A DNA stretch of 64,000 bases from Chlorokybus atmophyticus (Eukaryota > Plantae > Mesostigma and Chlorokybus algae): the NCBI GenBank assembly GCA_009103225.1, contig RHPI01002438.1, positions 812,755-876,754 on the forward strand, read 5' to 3'. The translations under genes were made by a program, and so were the position numbers. The notes under the pieces were generated by a model, which saw only the letters and a list, made by a program, of their open reading frames with translations, was not told the origin of the DNA and made no database searches. Shown in pieces: positions 19,845-30,539 of this stretch (positions within the stretch are counted from its first letter, which is position 1; every line of letters starts with the position of its first letter).

Positions 19845-20345
19845 CTATAGACAGCGGTCACTGTGGTCACTGTTGTAAGCGTGGCTTGCCCGCCCTTTGT
19901 GATTGGCTATATCGGCGGCGCTATGGCGCTATTGCATTGGGTGTGCTATGTCTATGTGCTTGCATTTGTTTAATGAAACATCATGTATCTTATGCATGTC
20001 TTTATGCTTCAAATGCAAGTGCCGTGTTCCACAGCTAAAAGCAAGCTTAAGAATTGAAAGGGGCTATATGAGCCACTAGTAGACAGCTTGGTCACTGTTG
20101 TAGAGAGTGGCTTGCCCACCTCCTATGATTGGGTATATCGACGGCGCTATGAGGCTATTGCATTGGTGTGCTATGACTATGTGCTTGCGTTTGCTCAATC
20201 AAACATTATGAATCTGATGCATGTCTCGATGCTTCGAATGCAAGTGCCATGTCCCATTGGTAGGCCTCTGCTGTTTGTTAGCCATCCGTTACATCGCAAG
20301 CACATAAAAGCTGCTCAAGGCAAGCTGCAGAATTGGAAGGGGCCA
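19845..20345 (+). repeat. Two tandem diverged copies of a ~230-270 bp dispersed repeat (third copy at ~57490-57735)
   Basis: Shared core gtcactgttgta.agagtggcttgccc...attgg.tatatcg.cggcgctatg..gctattgcattg.gtgtgctatg.ctatgtgcttgc at ~19866 and ~20091. Confidence 0.75.
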
Positions 20346-21120
20346 CATGCAAATTGCATTTACAAGGAGATAGTACTAGAGATAAAAGCAAGTAAGGGCC
20401 AAGCTTCAACTACAGTTGACTTAACGATAAGGCAAACTAAGAGCTGACCCTCGCGCAGCAATGGCAAGCAAGACAAAGACGAAGATGAGTGAACTCGGGC
20501 AAATTAGGCATTGGACAATTGTGGGTAACAACATGTAGAGCTTGAGAGGCTGGCAGAGGGAATTGTTAGGCCCTGCGTCGCAAATTTTACACAGTGACTG
20601 ACTAAGGACTGAGGGACTGACTGGTGCCTGAGCCTGCCTGAAATGTTACTTTTGGACTGTTGGGTTTGCCGTTGGCTTAAGTGGACTGACGCAGACGGCC
20701 GCGGGCCGAAAATGGTTGTCAGTGGCATTAACCGGCCGAGAGTTGTTAACCAGTTACCCTTTGATCGATGTGCACAGACGGCCGTTAGCCGATAGTTACG
20801 GACAGCTGACAGCAATAGCCGGCAGTTTCTTTGCCGTTACACTGCTGTTAATATGTGACCCTTGCCGTTTGACAAAAGTTGGCAATTCTGGCCGTAAGCC
20901 AACACTAACATGCCATGCAGCTTGTACAAACCTTGGACTTGGATTGTTTGGTCTTGCACCTATAAGCCCACAATATATACAATGTACCGGCAGCGGTGAG
21001 AGTATGTCCACTTGCAACTGAGCAGCCGACTTGCGCATGAAACTATACTATAACATTGAGTCTAGCTGTCGGACTCATGCGCAGCTTGTCAACCCGTGGT
21101 GCCTGCCTCAGATTTCCTCC

Positions 21121-21910
21121 TCAAACCCCCTCCTCCTGTTCCTCCTCAGACAAGTCTTCTGCTTCAACGCCGGAGTCATCTTCATCCGCTGCCTCGCTCG
21201 CTAACAGTACAGCGGCTACTTCGTCCTTAAGCTTGAATGTCTGCGCCTCGCCGTGCACGCGCATGCGCTGATGGTCGCTTTAAGAGTAACCACCTGCATT
21301 TGGTAATGCTGTAAGAGTGGCGTGCTGCCATAGGACTAGCCCATCAGCATACACATGCTTACCTCGTCTTCCGCTTTGTTGCACTCCGCCAGGCAGACAG
21401 TCAGCCTGCCGCGCTGCTCTCGGTTCACTCTGACCAACATGGCAATCTGCAAGCATGCTGCTTAATTACCGCTAGAAGCATTAAACTAGGTCATGGATTA
21501 CCCGTTCGTGGTACTCCGCAGCTTCTCTTTTGTGACTTGTGAGCTCCCACAAGTAGAAATAGGCTGTGCATTTGCGAGATTGGTCATGCTGTTTATGTGC
21601 ATGACACTGGAGGTTGTGCATGAGGGTGTGCATGTCGTATTGACAGTGTATGTCAAGTGCAAGATACTTGAGGCTGTGCATGTGCAAGATAAAAGAATCC
21701 TAGCATGTGGCATTGACAGTGCATCGTAACCCACCTTGGTTATGCCAGTCTTGTTTGGTCCCATTCAATCATGTCGCCGTGGTCGCAGCTGCTGGTGGGT
21801 CGGATTTCCTTAGAGGCAGTATTGTGGTGTGCCTTTGCCCACTCGGAGGGGGAGCCCTGTAAGATATCGCCCGAGTCACTGTTGTCATTGGCTGTGCCCT
21901 TGGTAGGCAT
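21121..21910 (-). pseudogene. Orphan element gene with acidic C-terminus, divergent from the transposase
   Basis: Last exon reads HGEAQTFKLKDEVAAVLLASEAADEDDSGVEAEDLSEEEQEEGV* (TGA 21121-21123). An upstream GTAAGC donor is present. The 5' exons contain stops. Confidence 0.35.
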
Positions 21911-21965
21911 GGTGGGGTTTGACACCGAAGACACCCCTCCGGCACCCTGCCCGCCCTGTGCGAAC

Positions 21966-24900
21966 ATGGAATTCATCCCGGACCTCGACCACAATGCCCA
22001 CTACGCCCCTGGCAGCGCCGCCAACGATCCACCAAACGCCACATACCCTCGGCATCACGCCCCTGTAAGGGCATAGCTTGGCGGAGCTATCAATGGTGTT
22101 TTCATGCGCAGGGGACTGACATTGCCAGAGTTGTCAATGGTACGAACTGCCATTGCCACTGTACAAGTGTACCATTTCAATGGTACCTTTTGGCAAAGGC
22201 ATCTTCGTACCATTAAAACGGTTCAATCAGGATATATATGCAGAGACTCACCCTGGACGTGCAATGGCTCGATTGTACCATAATAATGGTACGACGAAGC
22301 CAAAGAATGGCGGCCAAGTTTCCCGCCTCTGGCATGCAAGGGTAGCGGTGGCGGTGGCGGTGGCGGTGGCGGCGGCGGCGGCGGGTGTGCGTGTTGCTGG
22401 ATATGATGCAGGTTACATTGGCGACACCTGTGTCGATGTTAGTAGTGAGATTAGGGAGTCCTTTGTCCGTATTGCCACATGCGCTTCGCCACACGCAGCT
22501 CGGTCTACATGCACATTATTAGCAGCAGGGTGTGCAAGCAAATCAAGCTGTATGTCAGTTAGCGTCCATTACAGTACGATGCGGGTCATGTTGAATCGGG
22601 GTGTTCGATCCAGGATGCGCACATGCTTGATGCTGAATGATTCCTCCAGGAGACACATGCACAGCAGCCACAGGAGGAGGTGGAAGTGAACGAGGGCTTT
22701 CGATGTGTGCGTGTGCCTGAGAAACCTGTGGCACGCCAACATGGAAGTGGAGGCGTCCCTTGGCACGCGTCGAAACCCAGGTGGTATGGCTCGGAGCATG
22801 CTCTTGCAGTGGCATTCGTGCAGTGCAACAACGGCCAAGGCCTGTCGGCCTCCGACATGGGGCGGATCATCAAGTGCATCCGAAATGCACACTTCCTGAC
22901 TCAGGAGCTCCAGTGGGAGACTGGTGTGCATGTGGCCAGCAACCTCCGGATCACAATTGCTTTCTCTCAGTCTGAGGTGTGTTCACGGTGTGCGGTGCAT
23001 GTGCTTCAACCATCAGAGCCATGTCACATATGCACATGCGAGTGTGCTGCCGTATCAGAACTACGTGACGGCTGACATGCGCAAGCTTGGAGACCCTGAG
23101 GATCAGGACATCAGCGTCACATATATGCCGGCCAAGGTCTGTGAAATGCAGTACCTAAGGCAGTATCGATGCAGTATCTATTTTGAGGCCAGCATGCCTG
23201 TTAATGCTCGTGGTCGGAGTAGGTATGGCTCGCGCGGTTGTATGGCAATCCACATGCCGTCAATGGCTTTAATCTCCAGTACAGTGGTGACGAGCACAGC
23301 TTTGGCCATCCTTCCACGGGCGATTGATGGAAGGATGTGGAGGTGGATTTGAGGAGAGAGGTGGGGGAAGCGTCCTACTTGGCGCCTGCCACTCTGTACA
23401 GTGACAAGACCACGCTGGACAGCGCGGGCAAGCGCTCTGGCTACCCTCTGATGGCATCACTTGCCAACTACAGTTGGGACATGTATGCTAGCAACATGGG
23501 GGTTGTTATGATAGCGCTTCTGCCGGTGGTTCACGCAGTGGCCGGGCATCCCACCTGGGCGCAGGGCAAGGAATCGTTCTCCATTCGGAAACGTGAGATT
23601 TTTCATGACACTTTGAATGTAGTGTTAGGGGATGTGAAGCGGGCGAGTTGGGAAGGATTGCAGCTCATCGACCCGAATGGCATCGAGCGTCGTGTGTTTC
23701 CCGCGCTTGCCAACTACATTAGCGACTTGCAGGTAGTGGGCATGCATGGTTGTAACCGGATGCAGCCTGCCAGCAAACAGTGCATGGAGGATGTTGTCAA
23801 TTGAACATCTGAATTTGTCGTGTTGTAGGAGACTGCCACACTCGCACGCACTGTGTCGGGCAACTAAACACGACATCCTTGCGATGTTTGTCTCGTCACC
23901 AAATCAGATCTGTTGAAGATGGATGAGGACCGGGAATTGAGAACCGAGGCCTTCTACACCAGCAATACGGCAGCTGCGGGCGGACCTGCATAGCGGTGTT
24001 GGGAATGCACGCCAGACAGCCAAGGCTTTCAAAGAGCAGCACTCCATGCATGTTGAGGAGGTAATGGTTAAATTATCGGCATTCGTGAGGACGAATGGCT
24101 TTCCGTGAAATCAGGCAATGTGGTCTGGCAACAGAATGCACTGTGGGGTTGGCGACAGTCGCGGGTGCCGGGAGCTGACTGCTACTCTCGTCTTGCCCCT
24201 GACGCAATGCATGTGCTGGGAGGCATCATTAACCACCTGCTTGCTGCTATGCACGACGTTGCAAAGGAACAAATGCGTCCATCTACAACACAGATTCTGC
24301 AGGCCAGGCACGTCTTTGGTGTTGCTTTTGTGTTGAACACGAAAGCCGATGACACGTGCTCACAAGCAGATGTGCACAGGCCAAATGCATGCAAGGCGAC
24401 TCTGCGGGTTTCGCACTTCAAGGCACCCACAAGCACAGTAGATTTCTTCATGTCCGACCACTCCTTTTAGGTAGTGGAGAAAGTGGCGGTGCCGCAGCTG
24501 CTGCCGGTCGTCGCAGACGGTTTGCTGCTCGACAGTGAGGGCAACGATTTCTTCACCATTGCTGCCGCATCGCTTGCCCAGTGAAACAAGAAGTTGCTCA
24601 AGGCGCATGAACACACAAGAATGACCCTGACCACAGCCGACAACGAGCTGACTGCCTTCAAAGCTGCAGTGTTGCATCCGCTACTGTCGTCATATTCTGC
24701 ACAGGAGTCAGGTTGGAAGATCAAGAAGATGCATCAGCTCACTCATTTTGGGCCGGCAATTGTCAGCAGTGGACACCCAGATTGGTTCAGCGCCAACCGC
24801 ATGGAGCAGACGCACGCCCAAAATATCAAACGATGGGCGCGTGGTGGCAACAACCGGGACTACCAGGCACGTATCTTGAAGGCATGGAGCTGTGCGGAAT

Positions 24901-25589
24901 ATGTGAGAGAGGATGGCATGGTCGTGGATCCCGAGATGCGCTCGGTCATGGCGCAGGCGCAGCAGCAGTGCTGTCATGTCATGGAGAAGACGGACAAGTT
25001 GCTACGGATGGATGTGCTGACAAGGAGGGAGTCCAGCCCGTACTGGAGCGGATCTGCGCGTAGCCGCCAAGTCGCCCTGAAGACTCCATTCGCCGACAAG
25101 CTGCCTGCCACCCTGGACAGCTGGTTGAGGAGGGAACAATTGGAGTTGGCCGACGGGTGGCGTGCTGTTCGCGTGGTGAACGGAGGCGCAGCGGTGTACA
25201 TGACATCAGGAGTCACCATGGCGCGCGCAACTGGGATGTTCCATGGGCGGCCTTGGTTCTCTACACTTGAGTTGGAAGATGATGAGGACGGTGTGAACGT
25301 GACGTGGTGGGCTCAGGCACTCCTTTTTCTGCGCGTGGTGGTGTGGGGTGGTAGCGGCGAGCGCGTGTGGAAGGAGGTCGTGTTTGTCCGCTGGTACACG
25401 AAGCTGGTTGTGACGAGCGACACAAAGTGCATCGCTCTGGAATGGGAAAAGCGTCGAGGCGGTCCACATCTCGATGTCGTGACTCTGGAGCAAGTAAAAG
25501 GCATTGTCCAGCTCCCCATGTTTGACAAGGACAACGCCCGTGTACAAGAGGGCTATTATTGGGTGAACGTTCACTGCACTTCCACGTGA
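21966..25589 (+). pseudogene. Plavaka family transposase, intron-containing, with premature stops
   Basis: Motifs: HPSTGD*W (canonical TGDWW), LYSDKTTLDSAGKRSGYPLMASLAN, GLQLIDPNGIERRVFPALANYISDLQE, HPCDVCLV, PDAMHVLGGII and KMHQLTHF...GHPDWFSANRMEQTH...GGNNRD. Stops include TGA 23325-23327 and a TAA near 23866. Confidence 0.85.
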
Positions 25590-25792
25590 CACATGTACTT
25601 GTCTTACTACTCTGAGTTTGGAACATATTAGTTAGTTAGGCATTGCTAATCGTATGCTAAGACTTTTGCTTGTAGACGTGTACAATACTGGGCAGCTGTC
25701 ACTGCACAAATGTCACCACACTCGAAAGTGCCATGCAACATTCAACAATCAGTCCGCCGTGTGGCATTAAGCATCAATACAGTGCACCACAC

Positions 25793-26606
25793 TCAAGCCT
25801 CATAGTTCCATGACATATGAGGGTAGGCACAGCGCATATCCATTGTTTCAAGCATGAGACGCCCTATGCACTCCGCCATTGCGGGAGGAACTGCATTCGC
25901 TATGGAAACGGCCGAGGTCATCCATGGCACTCCCAGCGCTGTTTGCCACGCAGCAATGCCACCCCTGGTGCTTGAAAGGCCATAGACCGGGTACATTTGC
26001 TGTGGCGCGTTTGATGTCACGATTGTCTTCTTCGCGCTAGCGGACAGGTGCGGCAATAGCAGTCCAACTGCCTTGCACGCGTGCGAGCAGCGTGCTGGTG
26101 GGGTAGCTACCACTGGCTGTGTCTCAAACAGACGGTGTTGGAAAGTTGATCGGCCAAACATCGTGCCACAAAGGGACAGATTGGGTCTGAATGAGGAAGC
26201 TGCTCCTTGCACATTTTCAATCACAAACTTGACCTGGCTTGCAAGCAGCATACGTCGGACGAGCGGTATCATATCCTAGTGTCTCCAGGATGTGCCATGT
26301 GCCGCCCGTTGAGGTGCCGAGATAGCACCTGAATAGGGCCTGGCATGGTGGACTGGCCCGATTGAGCTCATACTTGCTCAGCTTTTCTGCATCAGGGTGC
26401 ATACATTGCGGTGTATGAAGGGCAGTGGGTACTCAAAGGAGGGACTTATGTCCATCCCGGTCACGTCAAAGCCTGCGTGGTATAGACCGACACTGGCACC
26501 GCCACCGCCGCAGAATAGGTCGAGTGCCCTTAATCTGCGTGTGCGTCTAAACTTGTTGTCAAATGGCGTGTATATGGTCAAGGCTGGCCGTGGTGCTGGC
26601 CACGGA
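25793..26606 (-). pseudogene. C5 cytosine DNA methyltransferase domain, prokaryote/phage-like, frameshifted
   Basis: Motif I LRALDLFCGGGGASVGLYHAGFDVTGMDI, motif IV ASPPCQ, motif VI FVIENVQGA, LSLCGTMFG...QHRLFE and motif X ANAVPPAMAECIG. Two frameshifts (~26390, ~26335) and a TAG (~26277) disrupt it. Confidence 0.9.
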
Positions 26607-26632
26607 CTAACAATGATGCCGTCCGGGCTTAC

Positions 26633-26982
26633 TTTGCGACTGACGTTCTCCCCTCCAGCGCGCAGAACATGGCGTGCCCGTCAACTGATGTGTACGCGAA
26701 TACGTTGTGCCCTTTAAAGTTGATAATTTGTGGTCGATCACCGTCATCAAATACTATATGGTGCTGCCCTACAAAGACATTTTCCATTGCACCATGCATA
26801 TATGATGCGTCCTCATTCTCACACGCCACGAAGCAATGCTGACCTGACACTTGCTTGAATGATTCCACAACACCCGCATACCATTCCCCATCCGGCGGCC
26901 AATGCACCATGACACTCACACCGATCAGCTGCTCGCATCCCAACTTAACTGCGTGCCGCAGCCGATGCAGTGCGCTGTCCAT
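26633..26982 (-). pseudogene. Tudor-like domain immediately upstream of the methyltransferase
   Basis: After removing an in-frame GTCAGC...TTGTAG intron it reads LIGVSVMVHWPPDGEWYAGVVESFKQVSGQHHIVFDDGD, matching the PDS5/MSH6-type Tudor pattern V.WP.D..WY.G.V.....H.I.YDDGD. Confidence 0.75.
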
Positions 26983-27163
26983 TGGTTAATGGTCTGCCTC
27001 CTCCACAGCGGCCAGAAGATGGAACTGCCCACGCCCACACCGTGGAAGACTGCTCTGAATGCGACAACAGCTTCAACATGCATGAAATAAGCATACGCCC
27101 AACACAACATGCAGTGATACGTCGCGGTCCACTCTGCCGAATTACCTCCACAGCATCCACCAC

Positions 27164-27530
27164 CTATCCACTAACCACATGTCCCGGTGTTGTCCATGTG
27201 AAGAAGCGCATGGGTTCCCCTCGCCACTCGAAGCATGAGCGCGAGCATGATTCGCACACGCACTGCACGCAATGGAAAAAATTGGGTTTCTTGCACAGCA
27301 CTTGGCCGAGGCGGCAGCCAAACACGTCAACATTGTGTGTGGTGTGATGCCAGCAAGCAGCACAAAAATTGTGGCACACTGTCTGCACTCGGTGGCATTC
27401 GGTCAAATGTGCTCGCATTTGCTGCCTACGGCCATTGGCACATACGTACGCATTGCATTGTGGGCACACCAAGCATGGTCTTCTAGATGAGCTTAGAGGG
27501 ACATGGCGAGCTACAGCTGCTTCTTGATGG
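27164..27530 (-). pseudogene. Cys/His-rich, zinc-finger-like segment of the same putative gene
   Basis: CLVCPQCNAYVC...HLTECH...CHNFCAACWHH...CKKPNFFHCVQCVCESCSRSC. The finger class cannot be assigned by eye. Confidence 0.5.
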
Positions 27531-27825
27531 AGATGCCTCCGGATGGTCAGTGTGCGGTGGCAAGTGAGTCTCCGCGGCAGGAAGGGAGGGTGCTGAATTG
27601 TTAATGCGAGCATGTGGCTGTGGTTGAGGGGAGGCAGAATGTGCGGAACACTCGGCTACTTCTTGCCTAGTACACGAAGGCGAGGCCTGAGGCGTTGGCG
27701 CAGCACTCTGGGTCACAGCCGGTGGTAGCGGGGAATTGGCAACGCCATTCCGCCACTCTTGAATTAAGTGTGTTACCTCCGGTGGCACTTCATGCACAAG
27801 CCACGACCACTGTTCGGTGCTTGCA

Positions 27826-28395
27826 GGCTTGAGGAGCCAAAAGTGTGCTTCTGGCTCATCAGGAGCAGTGTTGCCCACCACCAGGACTGAGTTGGGGGCT
27901 TCTTTATTTTCAACCCAAACTGCGCTGCCGGGCCGTGGCACCCACTCCTCATGCTCGCGCTGAACGGTCACGCAGCCAATCAACAAGCCCAGCTTGTTGG
28001 CAAACATGGTCATTTGCAGGTGCTCGACGTACACATCTTTTCTCCGCACGACCTGTCGCACCTTGGCCATGGCTAGGTCAATATTGCAATTGACATCAGC
28101 CAACATGGTCGCAGGCAGTTTGTTGTAATACTGCGCCATCTTTCTCGCGGCACTAGTGGCTCTGCAGAAGTTTAGGATTCTGCTCGCCATGCTTGCATCG
28201 ATAGCCTTGGCGGTGATTTTGCGAAGAGTGTCCCCCCCCTGCCGTCGTCGTCCATGGTGTCCAGCATGGCCCAAAATCTGCTCGAGCTGGGGCACTTGTG
28301 ATCATCCAGGACACTTTGCGCTATGGATGGCCTGGCGCAAAACACACAATGGTAGAAGCAATTACCATCCGTTGGCGCATTGAAGTGGTTCCATG
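27826..28395 (-). pseudogene. OTU-like cysteine protease (deubiquitinase) domain, split by a frameshift
   Basis: Cys loop APTDGNCFYHCV (~28340-28375), then YVEHLQMTMFANKLGLLIGCV and His loop AHFWLL (~27835). These lie in two overlapping reading frames. Confidence 0.6.
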
Positions 28396-30007
28396 AGGCG
28401 AGCTGGCCACCTAGCATGACTAATGGCCGTATGCGGGTTGCGGCCAGCTCCTCTGATGACTCGCTGGCAGGTGGTGACCCCTGCTGCATGCGCATACAGC
28501 ACTCAAATGGTGTGTCCAACTGTGGACGGCAAGAGTCACAGTGACTGATAAAGTACCTGAGTTTGGGGCAGACTGCCGGCTTCAACTTGCAGCGGGTGGG
28601 GTAAGGTAGGTGCAGAGGCCACATCGGTTGTTGCATTGTGCTGTGGTCTCGCCGGTGGCGGCAAGAAGGATTGTTGCCCGCAATCACCGGTGCTGCTCGT
28701 GGAGGAGATGGCAGTGCATGAAGGACTGGTGCCGCGGAAGGTGGTTGCGCTCTGGCTGCGAGGGGAGCAGGAGCGGCAGGTGAGACCACTTGTGCATGCA
28801 GCAAGGGGGGCTGTATACAGGACCCAGGATAAGGTGGCTCACAATGTTGCAAAGGACGAATATAAGCTTATGCAGTGCCTGACGCATTGTTACCAAGGCA
28901 CGAGCATAAAAAACAGCGACTTACCTTAGTGGCCCGTGGGCTGCATGGAGCAGGGGAAGCCATGGGGGCTGACAAGGTGGTATTGGGTGCACTCTCCCCG
29001 CCACCCTCGATCGCAGACTCGTCGCGGAGCTCGTGAGCCATGGGCACATCATGCGCCACTGCCCCAATAGACATGTCGGGATTCAACAGGCCAACATGCA
29101 TGTTAAACTGATGCCGTATTGCCGCCGCGCCCATCAGCAAGGGGGATTGAAGGACCAGTTGATGGGATTGAATCCAGGCTTGCATAGGAGCTCCAGCAGG
29201 ACCTAGTGCAGTGTGGTGCTGTCAACCAATCACATGTGGGTTAGCTGCATGCTTGCGACAATGCAATTGCAATAGTCAACTGCGTCACACCGTCATCAGT
29301 TGGTTGCTTCGAACAGTCACCTGCGGCATTGCTGGTTGATGCACAAATGACTGCATGGACTGCGTCATCGCTGGTGCATGCACTATTGGTTGAATGCCGG
29401 ACGAATGGCCACGCGCTCTTGTGCTCAAACCTAGCCTACTTCGTTCGGCACGCGCGCGCGACTTCGCACGCTCACGCACATCCTAGCATGCAAGGTAGGC
29501 ATGCATTGGAGGTGCATGCAGTCAACATGCACAGCGAGATTGGCAACAACATACCGCCGCCCAGCTGTATTTATCTGCTGTGCCTTCCGCAATGTCGGCT
29601 TGACTGTAGGGTGGGTATGGGTGAATAATGGAGGCCTGCAGCCACGCTACATTTATCACATGGAATGCGCTAAAAAACAAATTGCTATTGCAAGGAAATG
29701 CATGTGACTGTTGAGCGTACCTCTGCATTTCTTTTTGCTTGTTCCCACAGCCGTAATTGGTCCCGCATGGTTCTGACAAGGGGCTCCAAGGACTGCAGCT
29801 CCTGATCCCCTCCTTGTTGCAGAAAGCGAGCCACCAAGCAGCTCTCTGTGTGACGATGGTCTTTAATGGCTTGCCTGCTGGTTTGTCCGATGTTGGTGAT
29901 GCATGTTGGACAGCCCCATTGATGACGCCTGCCATGACGTGGCGCCCGGTAGTAGCTGGCTTCGCTGCTTGAACTGTTACGACCACAACTTCTCGCAAGA
30001 GGTGCCA

Positions 30008-30042
<35 letters not shown>

Positions 30043-30539
30043 ACTCCTGGTCCTCCGCGTCCTAGTCGAAACCAGGCCCACTATGCCTGACATTTGACCC
30101 GTCATCGACCTGGTGCCCCTGCATGCCATCATCCGGCCATCAATGAAGCGTGTTCGGGTGAGTGCACGCTAACTCCCATTTGGGCTAATCGAGCAATGCC
30201 TCTGTCGTACCATGGATGGTACGACAGAGCCATTGTACGGCAATGGCTGGGGTTGGATGAGAGATGCCTCTGTCGTACCATACTATTTAGTAAATGTTAC
30301 GAATGTTACCAATGGTTGTACGAAGCATGGATGGCACGAATGCATAAGTCATACCATCAACCATAGGAGCAAGGACGCACTACAAGTGCGACTCTAGTGC
30401 GGGACACTAGACGTGCAAAACCGCCTCATTTTCGTTTTCGTGCCTCATACATTTGGGCGGGCCAACCGGCGGCGGCAGCGTTGGAGGCGGCAGCGCCACT
30501 ATCAGCTAAACAGGCGGCACCCAACTATCAGTTGGAGAG

